Shown: positions 46,963 to 55,012 of the stretch, piece after piece
Numbering within the stretch: position 1 is the first letter of the stretch
Layout: every line of letters starts with the position of its first letter
From: Thermoanaerobaculia bacterium
Lineage (GTDB): Bacteria; Acidobacteriota; Thermoanaerobaculia; Gp7-AA8
Direction: 5' to 3'
DNA length: 64,000 nucleotides
NCBI GenBank assembly: GCA_035636095.1
Contig: DASPZU010000118.1
Span: 1,316 to 65,315 of the forward strand
Position numbers and translations under genes: made by a program
The notes under the pieces: model-generated
What the model saw: the letters and a program-made list of their open reading frames with translations, nothing else
Database searches by the model: none
Told to the model about the DNA's origin: nothing

Positions 46963-47558
46963 ACATCGGCGTCTGCGGCGGAACTTTTGACCCGTTTCAT
47001 CGCGGTCACCTCGAGCCGGTGCTGGCGATGCGAAGGGAGATGTCGTGGGATCGCGTGATCTATGTTCCGGCGTGGCGCCAACCGTTCAAGGTCGACCGCG
47101 AAGCATCCTCGCCATATCACCGTTTTGCGATGTCGGTGCTTGCGACGCAGAACGACGATTCGCTCTATGTTTCCCAGGTTGAGCTCGAGCGTGGCGGCAT
47201 TTCGTACACGGTCGACACTTTGCAAACACTCCACACCATGTATCCCGGCGCCACCTTCGATTGGATCATCGGCGATGACAATGTCACGCAGCTCATGACC
47301 TGGAAGGATCCCGAGGGCCTCTTCAGGCTGGCGAGGTTCGTCGTCCTCGCCCGCGGCGGTCCGGCGCCCGCTCCCGAGCTCGCGAAGCGTGTCGCGGCGG
47401 GCCGAATCGTCTACGCCCACAACGAATCGGTTCTCATCTCTTCTACCGAAATTCGCAAACGGGTCCGCGCGGGCCAGTCGATCGACGCTTTTGTCGATCC
47501 GGTCGTCTCGCGCTACATTCAACATTACGGGTTGTACAAAGAGGAAAAGAAAGCTTGA
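46959..47558 (+). CDS. nadD: nicotinate-nucleotide adenylyltransferase
   Basis: GGTFDPFHRGH motif. ATGA overlap with obg. Confidence 0.9.
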   Translation: MNIGVCGGTFDPFHRGHLEPVLAMRREMSWDRVIYVPAWRQPFKVDREASSPYHRFAMSVLATQNDDSLYVSQVELERGGISYTVDTLQTLHTMYPGATFDWIIGDDNVTQLMTWKDPEGLFRLARFVVLARGGPAPAPELAKRVAAGRIVYAHNESVLISSTEIRKRVRAGQSIDAFVDPVVSRYIQHYGLYKEEKKA

Positions 47559-47956
47559 GCGATCCCATTCAACAGCGCGTTCGTACAGCCGTTTCGGCAG
47601 CCCTCGACAAAAAAGCATTCGATCTCGATGTCCTGTTGGTCAGCGACCTGACCTCGATCGCGGACTACTTCGTACTCTGTTCGGCCAACACCGAGCGGCA
47701 GACGCAGGCCATCGCCGACGGCGTCGTCGACAAGGTGCGACGGAATGAAGGCCTCAAACCTCTTCTGGTGGAAGGAACGACGCCCGGCCGGTGGATTCTG
47801 ATCGACTTCGGCGATTTCATCTTTCACGTCTTCACCGAAGATTGCCGTCGCTTTTATGGCCTGGAGCGCCTGTGGGGCGACGCGCCCAATGTGACTCCGG
47901 TGTTCACCGCAGTGGCAGAAGCGCCGCGGAATGCCCGCCGCAAGAAAACATCGTGA
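47555..47956 (+). CDS. rsfS: ribosomal silencing factor RsfS (Iojap)
   Basis: TTG start. ADYFVLCSANTERQTQAIADGV, typical of RsfS. Confidence 0.9.
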   Translation: MSDPIQQRVRTAVSAALDKKAFDLDVLLVSDLTSIADYFVLCSANTERQTQAIADGVVDKVRRNEGLKPLLVEGTTPGRWILIDFGDFIFHVFTEDCRRFYGLERLWGDAPNVTPVFTAVAEAPRNARRKKTS

Positions 47957-47957
47957 G

Positions 47958-48020
47958 GTCGTCATCCTGAGCGAAAGCGAAGGATCTCTCCGGCGAGATG
48001 CTTCGCTTCGCTCAGCATGA
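47958..48020. repeat. REP-like palindromic element (variant copy) overlapping the start of the sigma-54 activator gene
   Basis: GTCGTCATCCTGAGCGAAAGCGAAGGATCTCTCCGGCGAGATGCTTCGCTTCGCTCAGCATGACG. The ATG at 48017 lies in the 3' arm. Confidence 0.65.
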
Positions 48021-48910
48021 CGTCGATGAAAGCCTTCGTTCGCACCAAGAACGCTTCGATGCGATCGCTCCTTCAGACGGTCGAGAAAGTGCTCGACCAC
48101 GACGTCAACGTCCTTCTCCTCGGTGAGTCGGGCGTCGGCAAAGACTATTTTGCGGAATCGATCCATGCCGCCGGGTCGCGGCGTGAAAGGCCGCTGGTGC
48201 GCATCGATTGCGCTGCCATTCCCGCGGATCTCTTCGAGGCCGAGCTTTTCGGGTTCGAGAGAGGAACGTTCACCGACGCCGTGGCGCGCAAGATCGGAAA
48301 GCTCGAGATGGCGCAGGGCGGCACGATCTACTTCGACGACATCACTGCGCTGGCACCCAATCTCCAGGCGAAGCTGCTGCGCGCGATTCAGGAAAAGCGT
48401 TTCACGCGTCTCGGTGGACACCAGCCCATCGCGTTCGATTCGCGGATCATTTCGTCATCGAGCACCGCACCTGAATCCTTGCGGAACGATTTGCTCTATC
48501 GCATCAACGTCGTGACGCTGACCATCCCGCCGCTCCGCGACCGGCCCGAGGACATCCCGCAGCTCGCGAAGAACTTCGTCGGGCGCCGAAAACGCGCGAT
48601 CGGCGCCGAGGCCCTGCAGATGCTGATCGAGTATCCGTGGCCCGGCAACGTGCGGGAGCTTCGCAACGTCATCGATCGGGCCGTGCTGATCGAGGAGACC
48701 GATGTCCTGACGCCGAAATCGCTGCCCGAATTCGCGGCCGATCCGGTCGAAAGCGCGATGCACGCACAATGGACGCTGGAGGAGCTCGAATCCCGCTACA
48801 TCCGGCAGGTGCTCCGCAAAACGCGCTCGAATTACTCGCGCGCCGCCGAAATCCTCGGCATCAATCGCAAGACGCTGCTGGAGAAGCGGCGCAAGTACGG
48901 GATCGAGTAG
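48017..48910 (+). CDS. sigma-54-dependent transcriptional activator lacking an N-terminal sensory/receiver domain (AAA+ sigma-54 interaction domain + Fis-type HTH)
   Basis: Walker A GESGVGKD, ELFGFERGTFTDA (GAFTGA-like), and C-terminal HTH (YSRAAEILGINRKTL). Only 297 aa. Confidence 0.8.
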   Translation: MTSMKAFVRTKNASMRSLLQTVEKVLDHDVNVLLLGESGVGKDYFAESIHAAGSRRERPLVRIDCAAIPADLFEAELFGFERGTFTDAVARKIGKLEMAQGGTIYFDDITALAPNLQAKLLRAIQEKRFTRLGGHQPIAFDSRIISSSSTAPESLRNDLLYRINVVTLTIPPLRDRPEDIPQLAKNFVGRRKRAIGAEALQMLIEYPWPGNVRELRNVIDRAVLIEETDVLTPKSLPEFAADPVESAMHAQWTLEELESRYIRQVLRKTRSNYSRAAEILGINRKTLLEKRRKYGIE

Positions 48911-48912
48911 CG

Positions 48913-50559
48913 TCACTTGCGCACGGCGCGGCGCCGGGCGATACCGGTGACAACAAACAACTGTCCGGCTTTCTCAGCGTAAATGCGACCGTTGTCGTCG
49001 ATGGCAACGGGCGTGTACGCTTGGCCGAGGGCTTCTGTGAGGACGATGGCCTCGCGGATTTTTCCCTCGGCGGTGATGGCGTAGAGGAAGCCGTCTTCGG
49101 CGTTGATGTACGTGACACCGTTTCGATCGATGGCCGGACCGTTGACACACCACTCCTGATCGTTCGGATTGCGCACCTGCCACTCGACTGCTAAAGATTG
49201 ATCGAGTCGCGTGACGAAGAATCCGGCCGGATCGTTCGCTCGACGCGCATTCGAACATTGACTGGCATCGTCGCAGTACGATCGGACGTTGTAGTGGTTC
49301 TCCTTCGTCACGATCGAGTATCCCTTGACGCGCGGAAAGATGGCGGGCGTGATGTCCCATCCAAACGGATAGGAGCCGAGGTAATCGCCGGATGCGCTGA
49401 AGTGCATGAGGTGACCGCGCGCGTAGTTGTAGCGGGTGTACGCGCCGTAAAAAACGCTCCCGTCCGGCGCGATGAGCGGCGAAGAGCTGGAGTCATCGAT
49501 TGCTCTGCCGCTACCCATCAGGTTGTCGGAGGGATCCACGCCTGTCATGGCTCCGTCACGGCAGCCGCCGGGAGTTCCGTTAGGCGGCAGCAGCACGTTG
49601 CAGCCGTCATTCAGTCGGTATCGAAGCGAAACGCTCCATTTCGGGGCCAGGTTCGAATCGAGCGCCACCAGGTATGCGTAGCGGCTGTTGAAATGCGCGC
49701 GGCTGATTGTGTAGATCGTTCCATCCGCTGCGATGGCCGGGGCGACATTGAGGGCCGGCCGCTGCGATCCGCACGGAAAGGTCGGCGGAAGTGCGTCCGG
49801 CCTTGGGGGCCAGGGAAGCTCGCCGTTTGAAAATACACCGAAGCAAAGCGTTGATCCGGATGGCGCATTGGGAACAAGAGCGGCGTAACCGGCGACACGC
49901 ACCGCCAAGTTCGGCTTGATGCGCGCGATCCACGCGTCGCGGATGTCGGCGGTCCACGGCTCTTCATGGTCGAGCGCGATCACATTGTAGTAAACGTTGC
50001 CGGCTGCATCAGCGACCAGGGGCCCGCTGACGAATGTGTCTTCTTGATCGGGAAGTTGGCCGCCACCCAGCCGGTCGATGATGCGTCCGGTGTTGCGATC
50101 GACTCGCAGCACCGTTCCGTTGAAGCCGGGCATGAACAGAAATCCGTTGGCCAGGACCGGCTGAAAAACAGGCTCGAAGGTCGGACCAACTCCTCCGCCG
50201 GTGAACGGAACCGGGCTCCAATCGCTGAAGACGATCCAACGCGGCGATAGCGTCGACCCTTGCCATCGGAAGGCCTGTACACCCCACGCTTGCGTTCTCC
50301 AATTGCCGACGGTGTAGTTGCCGCCCTTGATCTCGACGAAGACGTCATCGCCGTCGATCAGCGGAGTCGCGTAGTGGACGAAGAGGTCGTCGCCGGAATT
50401 CGCTCGCTCAATGTCGGCAAATGGATCGATCGTAATCTTCGCCACACGCACCTGCAGCGGCTGCCCGGCGACCTCGGCAGTTCCGGTATGACCCGGATCG
50501 CGCCCAAATTGGGGCCAGGCGGCGGCGAAGAGGACCGTAAGCGCGGTTGCGAAATGCAT
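48913..50559 (-). CDS. secreted beta-propeller (PQQ-like repeat) protein, hypothetical
   Basis: Signal peptide MHFATALTVLFAAAWP. Repeated G.IY..S...G.LYA motifs (GTIYTISRA, GVTYINAEDGFLYAI, GRIYAEKAGQLFVV). Confidence 0.5.
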   Translation of the reverse strand: MHFATALTVLFAAAWPQFGRDPGHTGTAEVAGQPLQVRVAKITIDPFADIERANSGDDLFVHYATPLIDGDDVFVEIKGGNYTVGNWRTQAWGVQAFRWQGSTLSPRWIVFSDWSPVPFTGGGVGPTFEPVFQPVLANGFLFMPGFNGTVLRVDRNTGRIIDRLGGGQLPDQEDTFVSGPLVADAAGNVYYNVIALDHEEPWTADIRDAWIARIKPNLAVRVAGYAALVPNAPSGSTLCFGVFSNGELPWPPRPDALPPTFPCGSQRPALNVAPAIAADGTIYTISRAHFNSRYAYLVALDSNLAPKWSVSLRYRLNDGCNVLLPPNGTPGGCRDGAMTGVDPSDNLMGSGRAIDDSSSSPLIAPDGSVFYGAYTRYNYARGHLMHFSASGDYLGSYPFGWDITPAIFPRVKGYSIVTKENHYNVRSYCDDASQCSNARRANDPAGFFVTRLDQSLAVEWQVRNPNDQEWCVNGPAIDRNGVTYINAEDGFLYAITAEGKIREAIVLTEALGQAYTPVAIDDNGRIYAEKAGQLFVVTGIARRRAVRK

Positions 50560-50598
50560 CGCTGAATGCTACTGAAGTGCCTACCCTAGGCACGCAGA

Positions 50599-51069
50599 AT
50601 GAAATTCAGACTGGTCTGGCCCCGTTCTAATGCCGACCCTGAGCTCGGGGCCATAATCGACCGTTATCTCAATCGTATCAAGCACTTCTTCCCAATTGAG
50701 GTTACGGAATTGGCACCACAGAGAAGTAGACAAGGCTCAAAGGATGGGTCTATCATGCGCGCCCAATCCGCGCGCCTGCTGGAGGCCATCCCGAAGGCTG
50801 GGTATACGGTCGTCCTGGATGAGAGAGGACGGCTGATGGATTCTTTGAAGTTTGCAGAATTGCTCGAGCGACTGACGGCCGAACAGCCTCATGGGGTCAC
50901 GTTCGTCGTGGGGGGCGATGTGGGGTTCAACGACGCCGTTCGAGGGCGCGCCGACCTGCTGCTCAGCCTCTCCGCAATGACGCTTCCCCATCAGTTAGCC
51001 CGAGTAGTGCTTCTGGAACAGATTTACCGCGCGTGCACGTTGATGCGGAACATTCCGTATCACAAGTAA
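50599..51069 (+). CDS. rlmH: 23S rRNA (pseudouridine1915-N3)-methyltransferase RlmH
   Basis: SPOUT fold motifs (VVLDERG, FVVGGDVGFNDAV), 156 aa. Confidence 0.85.
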   Translation: MKFRLVWPRSNADPELGAIIDRYLNRIKHFFPIEVTELAPQRSRQGSKDGSIMRAQSARLLEAIPKAGYTVVLDERGRLMDSLKFAELLERLTAEQPHGVTFVVGGDVGFNDAVRGRADLLLSLSAMTLPHQLARVVLLEQIYRACTLMRNIPYHK

Positions 51070-51083
51070 GGAGACCGGCTCGA

Positions 51084-51455
51084 ATGGCACGAACCAAGAC
51101 CAAATCGAATCCCTATCAGATTTACATCAACGCTCTTCGCAAAAAGCAGCATGAGCTGCTCGATTCGTACGAGCGAGATAAAGCAGCCGGCAATGCCCTG
51201 CCCGATGATGGCATCCAGGATCTGGCCGACAAGGCGGCCAGCGCCTATTCGAAAGAGCTCAATTTCTCGCTGTCGGACGGCGAGCGCAATCTTCTGATGC
51301 TGATCGATGAAGCCTTCAATCGAATCAAGGAAGACGGCTTCGGGACATGCACCAATTGTGGAAACACGATCGGCGAGAAGCGGCTGCAGGCAGTTCCGTG
51401 GACGCCGTTCTGTATCGATTGTCAGGAGCTGCAGGAAAAGGGATTGCTGGGCTGA
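51084..51455 (+). CDS. DksA/TraR family C4-type zinc-finger protein
   Basis: AAGGAG RBS. CTNCGNTIGEKRLQAVPWTPFCIDC four-Cys finger. 123 aa. Confidence 0.8.
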   Translation: MARTKTKSNPYQIYINALRKKQHELLDSYERDKAAGNALPDDGIQDLADKAASAYSKELNFSLSDGERNLLMLIDEAFNRIKEDGFGTCTNCGNTIGEKRLQAVPWTPFCIDCQELQEKGLLG

Positions 51456-51483
51456 TCCGAACCGCGCGTTTTGTGATTTGAAT

Positions 51484-51510
51484 GGGAGCGCGCGAGCGCT
51501 CCCTTTTTTT
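51484..51510 (+). terminator. rho-independent terminator (GGGAGCGCGCGAGCGCTCCC + T7)
   Basis: Perfect palindrome plus T-run after the dksA-like gene. Followed by a TGAAATTAAGAATTTCAG fragment of the AT-rich repeat family. Confidence 0.8.
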
Positions 51511-51529
51511 GAAATTAAGAATTTCAGTC

Positions 51530-52903
51530 ATGCCGAAGCCTTTAACCACCGTTCTCGCGCAGATCGCGGAGAAGAACCCACCGCGCGCGATTCTCGTCGG
51601 CGGCACCAGCGACTATCTTTCCCAGCGTGCCTTTCACGATCTTCGCGAGGCGATCGTGGCTGCCGATCCGAACATCGCGATCGAATCGTTCGAGCCGGGG
51701 AGTGAGCTCGCCACGATCATCGACTCGTATCGGACGTTGTCGCTCTTCACTTCGGCGCGCCTTCTGATCGTTCCCGAAGTCAACGCCTTCGTTTCCGCAA
51801 AAGAGTTGTTGTCGCTCTATCAGAAAGCTTCGGCCGACTGGAAGAGCGCGAAGACCGACCGCAAGCGCGCTTCATCTGCTGCCAAGCTGCTTCACGTTCT
51901 TGGCCTCGTCGGCGCGGACCTCGACATGACCGACCGCGAGATCGCCGACGCTCTCGGGATGCCGCTCGATGCGCTTCTTGCCGACATGCTGGCGTTCTGC
52001 CGCGCGACAGGAAAAAAAGCGGGGCGCGGCGAAGATGACGCGGCGCTGCTGACTGAGGCCATCGCGCGCGGCGGGGCGGCCGGGACGATCCTGCTGATGC
52101 GAACCGGCGAGATCCCTGACGATTCCGCGACCGTCGATCTGATCGATCGCTCGGGCGCCGTGGTGGCGCTCGACATTACTCGCGACAACTTCAGCTCGGC
52201 GCTGCAGACCGCCATCGAGGAGATTTCAGAAGAGGCGGCGGTTCGCTTCGACGCCAAAGCCATCGCGACGCTTCGCCGGCGCCTGGGCATCGATCGCATT
52301 CTGAGCGATAAGTTCTCGCGCGACGTCCCCGATTTGCGCTTCGCGGTTTCGGAAGCGGAGCGGCTCGCCACGCTCGCCGGCGAAGGCGGAGGCGTGACTT
52401 CTGACATCGTCGAGCGCGAAGTCTCGCTTGTCGAAGGCGGCGCGCGATACGAGCTGGCGTCTCTTTTTTCGGAAGGAAAGATGATCGAGGCCGTCGGGAA
52501 GCTGCGCGATCTCGTCGCTCAGGGGCGACGCGAAGATTCCAAGGCCCCCGCCGACATTCTCTACGGCCGCTATCTTTTTCCGATCGCAGATGAGATCCGC
52601 CAGACCATTGGGATCATTTCCTTCGCGCGCGCCAACAAGATCGACCTGCAGAAATCGATGCCGTACAACCGATTCAAAGACACGCTCGCCGATCGGCTGG
52701 GCGAATATCTGAGAGATCACGGCATCGTGCGGCAGAAGCCGCATCCCTTTCCGCTGCACAAGAAGTGGGAAGCGGCGCGGGAGCAGAGCGAAGAGGATCT
52801 TTTCCGCGCGCTCGGGGCCATCGCCGATCTGGAGGTCAAGCGCAAGTCCGGCGGCATTCCGGTCGATGTCGGGATGGAGATGTTTCTATTGTCGCGGCGA
52901 TAG
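51530..52903 (+). CDS. DNA polymerase III delta subunit-like protein
   Basis: N-terminal ILVGGTSDYL...SLFTSARLLIV resembles HolA. Context supports this: nadD-rsfS-rlmH are nearby, as in the E. coli holA-nadD-rsfS-rlmH region. Longer than typical HolA (457 aa). Confidence 0.5.
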   Translation: MPKPLTTVLAQIAEKNPPRAILVGGTSDYLSQRAFHDLREAIVAADPNIAIESFEPGSELATIIDSYRTLSLFTSARLLIVPEVNAFVSAKELLSLYQKASADWKSAKTDRKRASSAAKLLHVLGLVGADLDMTDREIADALGMPLDALLADMLAFCRATGKKAGRGEDDAALLTEAIARGGAAGTILLMRTGEIPDDSATVDLIDRSGAVVALDITRDNFSSALQTAIEEISEEAAVRFDAKAIATLRRRLGIDRILSDKFSRDVPDLRFAVSEAERLATLAGEGGGVTSDIVEREVSLVEGGARYELASLFSEGKMIEAVGKLRDLVAQGRREDSKAPADILYGRYLFPIADEIRQTIGIISFARANKIDLQKSMPYNRFKDTLADRLGEYLRDHGIVRQKPHPFPLHKKWEAAREQSEEDLFRALGAIADLEVKRKSGGIPVDVGMEMFLLSRR

Positions 52904-52945
52904 GTGCGTGCCGGGGCTTCAGCCGTTTAGAGGCTTGGGCATGAC

Positions 52946-53033
52946 TGAAATTTCAAATTTCGAATTTCAAATGAAAAATTCTGAATGCGGCCAATTTTCA
53001 ATTCTTCATTTGAAATTTGAAATTCTTAATTTC
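52946..53033. repeat. AT-rich imperfect palindrome (GAAATTTCAAATTTCGAATTTCAAATGAAAAATT ... mirror), same family as 1481-1568
   Basis: Near-identical arms to the 1481 element. Produces spurious ORFs in both orientations (MTEISNFEFQMKN...). Confidence 0.7.
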
Positions 53034-53096
53034 AAAAAAAAGGAGCGCTCACACAGCACCGTAGATCCCTCGCTTCGCTCGGGATAAACTCCAAAA

Positions 53097-54302
53097 ATGT
53101 CGGTCCTGGCGGTCGAACGTTCTGCCTGGCGCGCGCTGTTCGCGGCGCAAATCGGCTGGATGCTCGACGCCATGGATTTTCAGCTGTTCACCTTCGCGAT
53201 CGTCCCGATTCAAAACGAATTCGGCCTCGCCAGCTCCACCATGGGCGGGCTGACGTCGGTCGCGCTGATCGCCGGGGCCGTCGGCGGGATCGCGTTCGGC
53301 AGGCTCGCCGATACCATCGGCCGCGTTCGCGCGATGACGATCAGCATCCTGCTGTTCTCGTTTGCCACCGCCGGGATTGCCACGGCACAAACTCTTGGGC
53401 AGTTGATTTTCTGGCGCGCGCTGGTGGGACTCGGCATGGGCGGCGAGTGGTCGTGCGGATCGGTGCTGGTCGCGGAGACGTGGCCGGCGCAACATCGCGC
53501 CAAGGCCATGGGAATCATGCAATCGGGCTGGGCGATCGGCGCCTTGATCGCCGCCGCCCTCTCGGCGCTGATCCTCGGCAACTACAGCTGGCGGATTCTG
53601 TTTCTGGTCGGCGCACTTCCTGCCATTGCGGCTTTTTTCATCCGACGCACCGTCGAGGAGCCGCCGTTGTGGCGCGAGCGCAAACGCGAGCCCTCGCGAT
53701 GGGGCGAAATGTTCACGCCGCCGTATATCAGGCGCACCGTCATCGCAACCCTTCTCTCCAGCAGCGTGCTCATCGCGTACTGGGGCGTGATGACCTGGCT
53801 GCCGGCTTTCCTGGCATCGCCGGTCGAGAAAGGGGGCGCCGGCCTCACGGTCACAAAATCGGCGGCCTGGCTCATCCTCCTCCAGGTTGGCGCGTTCGCC
53901 GGCTATATCAGCTTCGGGTGGTTCGCCGATCGATTCGGCCGGCGCCTGGCGTTCACGGGGTTCATGATTGCCGCGACAGCGGTCGTGCCGATCTTCGCCT
54001 TCGGCGCGCGCTCGCCGATCACGCTGCTGACCATCGGGCCGCTGGTCGGCTATTTCGCCCACGGTTACTTTTCGCTGTTCGGCGCGATGCTAGCGGAATT
54101 GTTTCCGACGCGTTTCCGCGCCAGCGCTCAGGGTTTCTGTTACAACGGCGGGCGGCTTGCGTCTGCTGCTGCCCCGTTTGCGATCGGCGCCGCCGGACAC
54201 CGGTTCGGGTTCGGATTGGCGATTGCGGTCGATGCGCTTTTCTTCGCCGTCGGCGCCGTCCTGGTCTGGTACCTGCCTGAAACGAAAGGAGCCGAGCTGT
54301 GA
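53097..54302 (+). CDS. MFS transporter
   Basis: 12-TM-like hydropathy and MFS signature motifs (GRLADTIGRVRAM, GLGMGGEW). Confidence 0.85.
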   Translation: MSVLAVERSAWRALFAAQIGWMLDAMDFQLFTFAIVPIQNEFGLASSTMGGLTSVALIAGAVGGIAFGRLADTIGRVRAMTISILLFSFATAGIATAQTLGQLIFWRALVGLGMGGEWSCGSVLVAETWPAQHRAKAMGIMQSGWAIGALIAAALSALILGNYSWRILFLVGALPAIAAFFIRRTVEEPPLWRERKREPSRWGEMFTPPYIRRTVIATLLSSSVLIAYWGVMTWLPAFLASPVEKGGAGLTVTKSAAWLILLQVGAFAGYISFGWFADRFGRRLAFTGFMIAATAVVPIFAFGARSPITLLTIGPLVGYFAHGYFSLFGAMLAELFPTRFRASAQGFCYNGGRLASAAAPFAIGAAGHRFGFGLAIAVDALFFAVGAVLVWYLPETKGAEL

Positions 54303-55012
54303 TTGATCTGAGTGCCGACGTTGCTGAGGGGGCTGAGGGGGAGGCGGAAATGTGGCCGATGATCTCGTCGGCAAACGTCGCATGCGGCGGTCATATCGGC
54401 GACGCACAATCGATGACCGACGCGGTTCGCCGCGCAAAACGCTACAACGTGGCGATCGGCGCGCATCCGTCGTATCCCGATCGCGCGAATTTCGGCCGCA
54501 CAACGATGACGATGGCCCCGCCGGCGTTGCGCGCGACGTTGATCGAGCAAATCGCCGCGCTGCGCGAAATCGTGGACCGCGAGCGGGTGCCCATGCGTCA
54601 CGTCAAACCGCACGGTGCGCTCTACAACGATGCCCACAAGGATGTCGTGCTGGCGGGCGTCATCGTCGAAGCGATTCGCGAAGTCGATCCCGACCTTTCC
54701 ATCGTCTGCAGCGATCGATCGCAGATGGCCACCGCCGCCCGCGCCGCCCACACACCCGTCATTCGCGAGGCCTTTGCCGACCGGCGCTACAACGCCGACG
54801 GATCGCTGGTGTCACGAACGATCGCTGGATCGCTGCTCACCGTCGAAGAAGCTGCCGATCAGGCGGCCTTGCTCGCCGACGAGCATGCGGTGATCGCGCG
54901 CGATGGAACGCGCGTTCCGATCGCCTTTGACACCATCTGCGTGCATGCCGACATGGCGCACGCCGTCGAGCGTCTTCGCGCCATCCGGCAGCGGTTGGGA
55001 GGAATGCGATGA
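54299..55012 (+). CDS. pxpA: 5-oxoprolinase subunit A (LamB/YcsF family)
   Basis: GTG start overlapping the MFS stop. ANVACGGHIGD and GAHPSYPDR are LamB/YcsF motifs. Confidence 0.85.
   Translation: MIDLSADVAEGAEGEAEMWPMISSANVACGGHIGDAQSMTDAVRRAKRYNVAIGAHPSYPDRANFGRTTMTMAPPALRATLIEQIAALREIVDRERVPMRHVKPHGALYNDAHKDVVLAGVIVEAIREVDPDLSIVCSDRSQMATAARAAHTPVIREAFADRRYNADGSLVSRTIAGSLLTVEEAADQAALLADEHAVIARDGTRVPIAFDTICVHADMAHAVERLRAIRQRLGGMR

Noticed and set aside
52866-53087. 73-aa ORF (MTEISNFEFQMKN...) and its mirror 51325..51606
   Set aside because: They are encoded entirely by the AT-rich palindromic repeat elements. The same peptide appears on both strands, which marks a repeat artefact.
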